Shown piece by piece: positions 18,005-25,570 of a DNA stretch of 64,000 bases. The stretch's first letter is position 1. Each line of letters opens with the position of its first letter. Made by a program: the position numbers and the translations under genes. The stretch is from a virus (Duplodnaviria; Caudoviricetes): the IMG/VR virus record IMGVR_UViG_3300033066_002088, positions 7,605 to 71,604 of that record, one strand, 5' to 3'. The notes beneath the pieces are model-generated. The model worked only from the letters and a program-made list of their open reading frames with translations, was not told the origin of the DNA and did not search any database.

Positions 18005-18379
18005 TTATACTCCAGGGACGATGACTTTAGTCACGTCGCTAGTCAGGGTTCCACCGGAAGCTAGCCAATCATTCACAAGCTGTTGAACTCTAGTTTGTGC
18101 AGAAGACTTGGCAGCCGTGACGGCGTCTAAGGATTCAATAATTGTTGTGTATGCTGCTGCGCGATAAAAAGACAATCCTGCGTTTTGCGCAAGCGTTTTG
18201 TCGCCAGGCAAAAGTAGCATGTCCGAGAGCGTAGCGTAGCGGCTAAATCGATCCGTAGAGACGGTGAAAACGAACACCGCCGGATCGATGCCCGTTGCTT
18301 CAGGCACTGATTGAGCTAGAGCGATGCCGCCAGACGCCGGTTGAGTGGTTTGCCGAAGGTTAATGCGGATGGTTGCCAT
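18005..18379 (-). CDS. Small virion protein, paralogous to the middle domain of 16559-18001
   Basis: Shared VFV...F.R.A.L.D...LP...Q.RV..LV.DW pattern; start moved to ATG 18379. Confidence 0.65.
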   Translation of the reverse strand: MATIRINLRQTTQPASGGIALAQSVPEATGIDPAVFVFTVSTDRFSRYATLSDMLLLPGDKTLAQNAGLSFYRAAAYTTIIESLDAVTAAKSSAQTRVQQLVNDWLASGGTLTSDVTKVIVPGV

Positions 18380-18398
18380 GTGGCTTATTATAGCCGGC
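18380..18398. promoter_or_regulatory. Overlapping divergent -10 elements (bidirectional leaderless promoter)
   Basis: CAT-gtggctTATTATAgccggc-ATG: minus TATAAT lies 7 nt before ATG 18379, plus TATTAT lies 7 nt before ATG 18399. Confidence 0.6.
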
Positions 18399-18899
18399 AT
18401 GCGATTCGTAGGCATCGATCCATCACTTAACGCAACAGGCTTGTGTGTAGTGGGAGACGGCGCACCAATCCTACTTGAAACTCTAACACCTTTGCGGGGA
18501 GTTACCGGCCCCGAGCGTCTGGTCTGGATCCGCGATATGGTGGCCGATTGCTTGAATCATGGCGATTTTTTTGCCGCAATAGAGGGATATAACTACGGGG
18601 TAAATCTCCCGGGTTCTCGAGCATTAGCAGAACTAGGTGGCGTTCTGCGGGTAGCCCTTTTTGAGAAGGGTGTCAAATACGTAGAAGTTCCACCAACAAC
18701 CCTTAAAAAATTCGCCACGGGGAGTGGGCGTGCGGACAAAGCGGCCATGATCCGCGCTGCTGTAAGAATGCAAATTGAGCCTGCGGACGATAACCAAGCG
18801 GATGCCTTCCATCTTGCTTGTTTAGCACGAGCTTTCCGACGAGAAACCTCGCCAACAAATCGCGCACAAGCGGAAGTACTGAAGATTCTTGGCGAATAA
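18399..18899 (+). CDS. ruvC: RuvC-like Holliday junction resolvase
   Basis: VGIDPSLNATG, AAIEG, PTTLKKFATGSGRADK, DNQADA. Confidence 0.92.
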   Translation: MRFVGIDPSLNATGLCVVGDGAPILLETLTPLRGVTGPERLVWIRDMVADCLNHGDFFAAIEGYNYGVNLPGSRALAELGGVLRVALFEKGVKYVEVPPTTLKKFATGSGRADKAAMIRAAVRMQIEPADDNQADAFHLACLARAFRRETSPTNRAQAEVLKILGE

Positions 18900-18905
18900 A
18901 AAGGC

Positions 18906-18935
18906 TTGTCAAACAAACATCGACTAGTGTAGGCT
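18906..18935 (+). promoter_or_regulatory. sigma70-type promoter TTGTCA-18-TAGGCT
   Basis: Intergenic, upstream of the AAGGAG SD of the RNR gene. Confidence 0.6.
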
Positions 18936-18961
18936 TCTTCCTCCGATAAAGGAGAAAGACG

Positions 18962-21193
18962 ATGCAAACGCTCGAGTACGACGGTCGCCCCAGTGTTAGG
19001 AAGCGTGACGGGAAGACTGTTCAGCCTTTCGACGCGAGTAAGATCGAAAGAGCCATCCGCGGCGCTCTGGCCGATCTTGGCCAACAAGTCGATGACAGCA
19101 AACTTCGTTCGGTCATTAACCGAGTGGTCAACACCCTCCCCGAGGGGGAGGTTGAAGTTGAGACTATCCAAGATAGGGTAGAATTCGCACTTTCGCGCCA
19201 CGGCATGTTCGATGTAGCAAAGGCCTACATCATTTACAGGGATCGAAGGGCGCAGCTCCGTCAGGGGCGCGGCAAGCCGGATCCAAAGGCGGTAGCTGAA
19301 TACATTCACTACGCCAAGTACGCGCGCTACGTTCCGTCCCTGGGCCGCCGAGAACTTTACAGTGAGACGGTGACGCGAGTTGAGGCGATGCACCTCCGTC
19401 GTTTCGAACACATCGACGGGCTTCCCGCGCTCATCACGAAGGCATTTGACTTCGTGAGGGAGCGGCGCGTCCTGCCCTCTATGCGTTCGATGCAGTTTGG
19501 CGGCGCTGCCGTAGAGGCCAACAACAACCGCATCTATAACTGCAGCTTCTCGTTTATCGACCGCCCCCGCGTATTCGCTGAAGCGCTGTTCCTGCTCCTT
19601 TCCGGATGCGGCGTTGGGTTCTCTGTGCAGTTTGATCACGTTGAGCGGTTGCCTATGCTCAAGGCGATCGACCCGAAGAAGGTAATCCACCACACGATTG
19701 AAGACACCATCGAGGGGTGGTCTGACGCTATCGACGCACTCGTGATGAGCTACTACACCGGTACGGGGTACATCGAGTTCAATTACTCCAATATTCGTCC
19801 GGCAGGTGCGCCTCTTAAGACCTCGGGAGGCCGCGCTCCGGGGCACCTCAAGCTCAAGCAGTCCCTCGAGAAGCTCCGTGAGATTCTTGATGGTGCTGTA
19901 GGGCGTAAGCTCCGTCCCATCGAGTGCTACGACATGCTTTGCCACGAGGCAGACGCAGTGCTTTCCGGTGGAATCCGCCGTAGCGCCATGATCTGCATGT
20001 TCTCGCTGGAAGACAGCGAGATGATGAACGCGAAGGTTGGAAATTGGTTTAAGACTTCACCGTGGAGGGCTAACTCGAATAACTCTGTCATGCTTAAGCG
20101 TGATGAGGTCAAGAAGAAGCAGTTCGAGCGCATCTTCAAGATGACCAAGGAGTGGGGCGAGCCCGGCTTCTATTTTACGGCGGACTACGACTACGGCTCC
20201 AACCCGTGTGTAGAAATTGGACTTAATCCGGTTCTTGAGTGGGAGGGAGTAAAGTATACCGGCTGGGCGTTTTGCAACCTGTGTGAGATCAATGCAGCAG
20301 CATTCGAGACACCCGGTGATTTCCTTTCGGCAGCGGAACAGGCGGCAGTAATCGGGACGCTGCAATCGGCGTATACAAAGATGCCGTACTTGGGTTGGGT
20401 CAGCGAGAAGATCGCGGAGAGGGAGTCGCTGCTTGGTGTTGGTATTACTGGAATGCTCGACAAGCCTGCCATTGCTCTTGACCCAGCACTTCAGCGGCAG
20501 GCTGCGGCGCTCGTAGTTGAAACGAACAAGCGCACGGCCGCAATGATCGGAGTGAACCCAGCAGCCCGTACTACTTGCGTAAAGCCGAGCGGCACCACTT
20601 CAAAGGCGCTTGGTGGCGTTGCTAACGGTCACCACGCGCACCACCACAAGCGCTACATCCTCCGCATCACTGCGAACGAGCTGGAGACACATTTCCAGCA
20701 CTTTCGTAGCCTTAATCCCATTGCTTGTGTTAAGAAGCCCAACGGGGATTGGGTGATTGAGTTTCCGATCGAAGCGCCTGAGGGTGCGATCATCAAGGAC
20801 GACCTGACCTCCCTCAAGTTCCTCGAGATGGTGAAGAGTACGCAGGAAAATTGGGTTCTCCCCGGAACGGCTCGGCCGGATTCATCTCCTGGTCTTACGC
20901 ACAACGTCAGCAACACGGTAACAGTAGGCTCCGGAGAGTGGGAAGAGGTCTCAAAATATCTTTGGGCAAACCGTAATATGTTTACGGGCGTAAGTATGCT
21001 GCCTAGCACAGGGGACAAGGACTACGCATTTGCGCCCCAAGAAGCCGTGCGAACTGAGGCAGACGAGGCACGTTGGAATCAGTTGGTAGCTAGCTACAAG
21101 GTTGTAGACTACACTCAGATCTTTGAAGCGAGTGACGAAACAGACCTTGCCGGCGAGGCCGCATGTGCCGGAGGCGCTTGCTCGATCGGATAA
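18962..21193 (+). CDS. nrdJ: Class II (B12-dependent) ribonucleotide reductase with N-terminal ATP cone
   Basis: VRKRDG...FDASKI ATP cone; PSMRSM, YNCSF, GCGVGFSV, NPCVEI, CNLCEIN, TTCVKPSGT; C-terminal CAGGAC. Confidence 0.93.
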   Translation: MQTLEYDGRPSVRKRDGKTVQPFDASKIERAIRGALADLGQQVDDSKLRSVINRVVNTLPEGEVEVETIQDRVEFALSRHGMFDVAKAYIIYRDRRAQLRQGRGKPDPKAVAEYIHYAKYARYVPSLGRRELYSETVTRVEAMHLRRFEHIDGLPALITKAFDFVRERRVLPSMRSMQFGGAAVEANNNRIYNCSFSFIDRPRVFAEALFLLLSGCGVGFSVQFDHVERLPMLKAIDPKKVIHHTIEDTIEGWSDAIDALVMSYYTGTGYIEFNYSNIRPAGAPLKTSGGRAPGHLKLKQSLEKLREILDGAVGRKLRPIECYDMLCHEADAVLSGGIRRSAMICMFSLEDSEMMNAKVGNWFKTSPWRANSNNSVMLKRDEVKKKQFERIFKMTKEWGEPGFYFTADYDYGSNPCVEIGLNPVLEWEGVKYTGWAFCNLCEINAAAFETPGDFLSAAEQAAVIGTLQSAYTKMPYLGWVSEKIAERESLLGVGITGMLDKPAIALDPALQRQAAALVVETNKRTAAMIGVNPAARTTCVKPSGTTSKALGGVANGHHAHHHKRYILRITANELETHFQHFRSLNPIACVKKPNGDWVIEFPIEAPEGAIIKDDLTSLKFLEMVKSTQENWVLPGTARPDSSPGLTHNVSNTVTVGSGEWEEVSKYLWANRNMFTGVSMLPSTGDKDYAFAPQEAVRTEADEARWNQLVASYKVVDYTQIFEASDETDLAGEAACAGGACSIG

Positions 21194-21198
21194 ACAGC

Positions 21199-21591
21199 AT
21201 GGCCGGATCTACTAAAATACAGGACAGGACGATCCCGGCAAAAAATAAGGTCTATTCAGACTACCGCAGTAGATCAAGACGGCGTGGCATTCCTTTCTCG
21301 CTCACATTCGAGCAGTTTACAGCTCTTGCGGAACAAGAGTGCCATTACTGCCCTGACAGCCACACAAATACGGCAACAACCACAGCAGGTGCTTGCTGGC
21401 GTTACAATGGTTTGGACAGAAAGGACAACGACAAAGGCTATGAACCCGGAAACGTCGTTCCTTGTTGTTGGCCTTGCAACCTCCTGAAAGGTGAAATGCC
21501 GTACGATCAGTTTATGCGGCAAATTTCACGTATACACAAAAAACAAGAGCAGTTTCACCGGCATTACACGGTGGTGTTCTGCCTGTACTGA
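21199..21591 (+). CDS. HNH-type endonuclease
   Basis: CHYC...NGLDRKDNDKGYEPGNVVPCCWPCNLLKG. Confidence 0.85.
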   Translation: MAGSTKIQDRTIPAKNKVYSDYRSRSRRRGIPFSLTFEQFTALAEQECHYCPDSHTNTATTTAGACWRYNGLDRKDNDKGYEPGNVVPCCWPCNLLKGEMPYDQFMRQISRIHKKQEQFHRHYTVVFCLY

Positions 21592-21605
21592 CAAATAGGA
21601 GCCCA

Positions 21606-21812
21606 ATGACCTGTAGCAATTGCAATAAATTTTCCAGCGATCAAGACGGCCTTAAAGGTATTAAGAATAATGCGCCGGTTTTTTTTATTTGTGGCGACTG
21701 TCTTGAAAACACGCGCGTTGCAAAGATCGCAGTTCGGGCGGACGACGGGGGGCGTATGCACTACGAACAATTTATGACTGTTGAAGCCAGGACTACATTG
21801 TCAAAGCGATGA
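21606..21812 (+). CDS. Small zinc-binding hypothetical protein
   Basis: AGGAG SD; CSNC...CGDC. Confidence 0.65.
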   Translation: MTCSNCNKFSSDQDGLKGIKNNAPVFFICGDCLENTRVAKIAVRADDGGRMHYEQFMTVEARTTLSKR

Positions 21813-22093
21813 GCCGTATAGAGCGAGCGATCGGACTTTCACCTGTGTTGAAGAGGCTGGCGTTCCACTACCTTAGAAAGGGAGTGGGACGTCATCCTAT
21901 TTTTGGGCACCCGATCTACGATTCTGTAGTCGTCAAAGACCTTTATGACTGGAATTCGCCAAATGACGAATTACCGCCACAAGGCGGACTTGTTGTTGAA
22001 TTTCATCAAAAAGGTAAAAAGATCAGATTTGTCGAGTTTTCCATCGTACAAACAGGGGGTGGCGGAGAATCGATACTACGGGAAGTCCTTTAG
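21809..22093 (+). CDS. Hypothetical protein
   Basis: ATGA overlap with the previous gene. Confidence 0.6.
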   Translation: MSRIERAIGLSPVLKRLAFHYLRKGVGRHPIFGHPIYDSVVVKDLYDWNSPNDELPPQGGLVVEFHQKGKKIRFVEFSIVQTGGGGESILREVL

Positions 22094-22103
22094 ACGGGCA
22101 TCT

Positions 22104-22113
22104 TTGGTATAAG
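22104..22113 (+). promoter_or_regulatory. TTGGTATAAG motif (putative phage promoter)
   Basis: Exact member of the TTGGTAnAAG family, 27 nt upstream of the lipoprotein ATG. Confidence 0.65.
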
Positions 22114-22140
22114 GGAATGTTCACCAAAAGGAGAACGACC

Positions 22141-22764
22141 ATGTACCAAAGCATTACGGGCCTTCTTTTCGCGGGCGTCTTGGCTGCGGGGTGCACGTCC
22201 GACAACCCGCTGACGAGCCCCGCCGATGACCCCAGCATCCGGGCCGCGCAGGAGCAGACTCTCGACGCCGCCCGCGCCTACACGGACGGGCAGGTGGCGC
22301 AGCTCAAGCTGTACTTCCGCGGCGTCCCAGGCCCCGTTGGTCCCCAGGGACCGTCGGGCCCCGTCCTGCATCTCGTCGACAAGGCCACGGGTGAAGACCT
22401 GGGGGCGCTCAAGCAGGACGACATCGCTGACTCGGCGGCCTATGGTGGGGAAGTCGCCTGGACGCGTCCCCTCAACGTCCTGTTCTACGACGCGCCGGGC
22501 TGCCCGGCGGATCACGCGTTCGTGAATAACGGAGATGCGGTGGCGCTGGCCATCGGCGCGGTCGGGAGGATCACGCCCGGTGGCGATGTCTATCGACCGA
22601 GGGGTGAGCCGGTGGCAGTCGCGCCTCTGTCTACCTACAACAGCGGGAAGTGCGACATCGTGGGGAACCCGCAGGCGTTCGCGACGGACATGGTACCTAT
22701 GGCCGCATCCGGATTCCGGGCCGTCGCCCGCAAGGCCGGCGACCTCCAACGCGTCTTCAAGTAG
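22141..22764 (+). CDS. Lipoprotein with a short collagen-like segment
   Basis: AAGGAG SD; signal peptide ending in the lipobox LAAG-C; GVPGPVGPQGPSGP. Confidence 0.8.
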   Translation: MYQSITGLLFAGVLAAGCTSDNPLTSPADDPSIRAAQEQTLDAARAYTDGQVAQLKLYFRGVPGPVGPQGPSGPVLHLVDKATGEDLGALKQDDIADSAAYGGEVAWTRPLNVLFYDAPGCPADHAFVNNGDAVALAIGAVGRITPGGDVYRPRGEPVAVAPLSTYNSGKCDIVGNPQAFATDMVPMAASGFRAVARKAGDLQRVFK

Positions 22765-22782
22765 GCGGATACTTCGCCTGCG

Positions 22783-22812
22783 AAAAGACCCCGCCGTGGC
22801 GGGGTCTTTTTT
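22783..22812. terminator. Bidirectional intrinsic terminator
   Basis: AAAAGACCCCGC-cgtg-GCGGGGTCTTTTTT between the lipoprotein and tail fibre genes. Confidence 0.9.
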
Positions 22813-22840
22813 AATTGGGGGACTTATTTATTTTTTTAGC

Positions 22841-24973
22841 TTACTGACGGGCAAACACCGCGAAGGAATACGACCAATCCCGCGATGCCGCGTCAAACAA
22901 GGCGTTGCCGCTAGCGGTAAGACTCAATAGCGTTGTAATGGAGAAATTAGTCGTCGTCGTGGTGACCGTCGCCGGTAGGAGGGCAACTGGTAGCCGACTT
23001 GCAGCGTCGTTACCCGACCATGTCAAAATGGTGATAATCACAGAGTAGTTGGCGGTCGACATCGGAGCCGCATCAGGAAACGTGATGACAAGTCCGTTAG
23101 ACGTGACGCTCTTTACGTTGAACCCGTCTGAGAGAACCGGGACACCGGCAGTTACCGTGACGCGACCCCATGACTTAGGCGTATTAACTTTAGTTAGGGT
23201 GTTAACTCTAGCGGTGGTCGCGGAAGCATTTCCGTTTTTGATAGCTAGGTCAGACGAGATGTCTAGCTCACCTAGAATCATAACGTTGCCGCTGAACTGC
23301 TGATCGACGGCGAAGATATTATTGTTCGCCAGACTTGCCTTCTTGTTGTCGAGGTCGACTAGTTGCCCTTGAACGGTAGTCGAAGTGCGCTCACCGCCGG
23401 TTGTTGCACCGACCTTGATTCCGCCTCCGCTACCCCCCAACGCTGTGACCAATGCTTCGAACTTTCCTTTCACGCTGGGGGTCGACGGCGTCAAAACCAG
23501 CGCGTCCGCGAAAGTGGCAGTCGTTGCTGCGGCGCCGACACGCGTCTCACCAGTAGTAGCACCAACATCGCCCACAAGTTTCTCAAACTTCGACTTCACG
23601 TGAGCGGAAGCTGGCGTCAACGTACCGCCATCGGCGTAAGTAGCCGTACTTGCAGCGGCACCAACGCGCGCCTCACCTGAGGTACCGGCTAGACTCGTAA
23701 CAATGTTGTCAACCTTATCCTTCAGGCCTGAACCGGCCGAAGAAGCTGAACTGTCCGCCCAATTTGGGCCCGCCGTTGCGCCGATTTTTGCAGCCCCCGC
23801 CGTACCCGCCAAATCCGTTACAATCTTGTCGAGTTGCGCCTCGACAGTTGTCGCCGGGTTAGTGGTGCCATCTGCCCAAGCGGCGCCACCCGCGTAAGTG
23901 ATTGAAACGGCCGGAACGTTTCCGTCAAACGGAACGCTGGACGCACCGTCATTCAAAACCTTACCGCCGATAAAGATTAGACGACTGTTTACGCGCTTGC
24001 AAATAGGTACCGCGTTAGCAAGTCTCTCTGGGTACTCTCGAGAATTAAAGAGAGCGCCTGTCGGAACAATGGCCTTGTTGGTGTAAGCGCCTGGCGGTGT
24101 TCCGTATTCAATCAGGGATTCACGCCGACCGCCTCCCGCGCCATCAATTAGGGCATCGTACCAAATGCAAAGAGTATCACCTTCAGTTAGGTTATTGGTC
24201 GGAGCGCCCGCGCGCTCATTCAGGGCAAACCACGCGGAGACTGCCGCCGCATTAATAATGTGCGCTTCGGCGTCCCAGTTTCCAGCTAGAAATTCTCTAG
24301 AAGAGAACAGGCCGATATTTGCATCGGACAAATCCCCCATAACAATTCCGCCAGTGGCGGACATGGTTACGATGCCTGTTCCGTCTAGCGCATCGTTAAT
24401 ATCTTGCCAAGTCGACGTCCCAATTTGAACAGTTAAAACGATATCGAAGTCCCCGCTTACGACAGCAGATGTTCCTGTGCCCGCGACAATTTGAAGGGAG
24501 ATGCGGTCTCCCCCTTGGTAGTTGTGCCGCTTGCTGGTCAACGTTAAGCCGTCACTCGGAGCCCCCGTGCTAGGGATAAAAAGGGTGCCGAGGGTTGACT
24601 GTACCGGGGGATTCCCCGCTGATGGAGAAGGATTTCCTGGAGTTAAGAACGGGAGCACGAACAAATAAGCGCTCCCGCCTCCGATCGTGAAAACGCCTGT
24701 TGAAGCATTCCAAGATACGAGACCGGGCCCACACACAACCATCTCACGGTCGGCATCCACGACATACTTCAGGCCATCCGCTGCCGCTCTAATAACTTCA
24801 GTGCGACGACGGAGGTTTTCCTCTTGACGATTAAGTGGTTGCGTTGCGTCGTCGGCACGTAGCGCTTCACCATTGCTGAATGGTTGAATCGCATCATTGT
24901 TATCGTAACCAGTGTCGCCACCCTGTTGGTAGTCAACGTAAGGCTTGGTCTGTCCGACCTGTGGAATCGCCAT
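22841..24973 (-). CDS. Tail fibre / receptor-binding protein
   Basis: Last gene of the baseplate operon; N-terminal attachment region (QPLNRQEENLRRRTE); Gly/Ala/Thr repeats; beta-rich C-terminal domain. Confidence 0.7.
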   Translation of the reverse strand: MAIPQVGQTKPYVDYQQGGDTGYDNNDAIQPFSNGEALRADDATQPLNRQEENLRRRTEVIRAAADGLKYVVDADREMVVCGPGLVSWNASTGVFTIGGGSAYLFVLPFLTPGNPSPSAGNPPVQSTLGTLFIPSTGAPSDGLTLTSKRHNYQGGDRISLQIVAGTGTSAVVSGDFDIVLTVQIGTSTWQDINDALDGTGIVTMSATGGIVMGDLSDANIGLFSSREFLAGNWDAEAHIINAAAVSAWFALNERAGAPTNNLTEGDTLCIWYDALIDGAGGGRRESLIEYGTPPGAYTNKAIVPTGALFNSREYPERLANAVPICKRVNSRLIFIGGKVLNDGASSVPFDGNVPAVSITYAGGAAWADGTTNPATTVEAQLDKIVTDLAGTAGAAKIGATAGPNWADSSASSAGSGLKDKVDNIVTSLAGTSGEARVGAAASTATYADGGTLTPASAHVKSKFEKLVGDVGATTGETRVGAAATTATFADALVLTPSTPSVKGKFEALVTALGGSGGGIKVGATTGGERTSTTVQGQLVDLDNKKASLANNNIFAVDQQFSGNVMILGELDISSDLAIKNGNASATTARVNTLTKVNTPKSWGRVTVTAGVPVLSDGFNVKSVTSNGLVITFPDAAPMSTANYSVIITILTWSGNDAASRLPVALLPATVTTTTTNFSITTLLSLTASGNALFDAASRDWSYSFAVFARQ

Positions 24974-24982
24974 TTGATGTCC

Positions 24983-25555
24983 TTAAGCGGTGAACGCGAT
25001 TCGCCAGGTGTATTCCAGCACGATCGCGTTTGTCTTGGTGATAGGAGGATGTGTTTGACGTGCAAATAGCCGAGGAGCGTTTACGGTGGAACCGGGAGAG
25101 TCTAGAGTACCAACACCATCGCCTTTAGTAAACAAACCGGCTTCAGCCAATGCACTGGGGGCGCCGTTTCCGTCTCCGGCTTGGAGCGTAACGACGAACA
25201 CCATCTCGCCCGGCATGACGATGCCTTTTCCGGCGTCACCAATAACCGCACCTACCCACGGTGCACCGAGATTCTGATCACTTCTGACAGCGGCTGCCGT
25301 AGACGTGCCCATACGCATCGTATAAATTTGATCATTGCTGACATCCGCAACGGGAACATGAGTTCCGTAATCCCCAGACCGCTGCATGAGCAACGAGCAA
25401 ATTACATCTGCGGCCAGAAACGTAATCTTATTCCGAATCTCGATTCGGCGAAGCTCCTCCAAAGAATCTGCGGAAAACACGCGGATACTAATATCGCCAC
25501 GCATGGCAATCTTGTCGTTAATGGGGAGGGCGCGCTTATTGGACGTGATCAGCAT
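24983..25555 (-). CDS. Baseplate/fibre-attachment protein
   Basis: IRNKIT...MRMGT...LAEAGLF...LFARQTHPPITKTNAIVLEYTWRIAF pattern typical of myophage fibre-proximal proteins. Confidence 0.7.
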   Translation of the reverse strand: MLITSNKRALPINDKIAMRGDISIRVFSADSLEELRRIEIRNKITFLAADVICSLLMQRSGDYGTHVPVADVSNDQIYTMRMGTSTAAAVRSDQNLGAPWVGAVIGDAGKGIVMPGEMVFVVTLQAGDGNGAPSALAEAGLFTKGDGVGTLDSPGSTVNAPRLFARQTHPPITKTNAIVLEYTWRIAFTA

Positions 25556-25570
25556 GGAAGAAGGGTACCT

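Noticed and set aside
18962-21193. Intein or intron in nrdJ, polA or terL
   Set aside because: Motif spacing is normal, there are no intein terminal motifs and the frames are uninterrupted.
22841-23200. Diversity-generating retroelement target at the fibre tip
   Set aside because: No reverse transcriptase and no near-identical template repeat differing at adenines seen in this window; it cannot be excluded for the rest of the genome.
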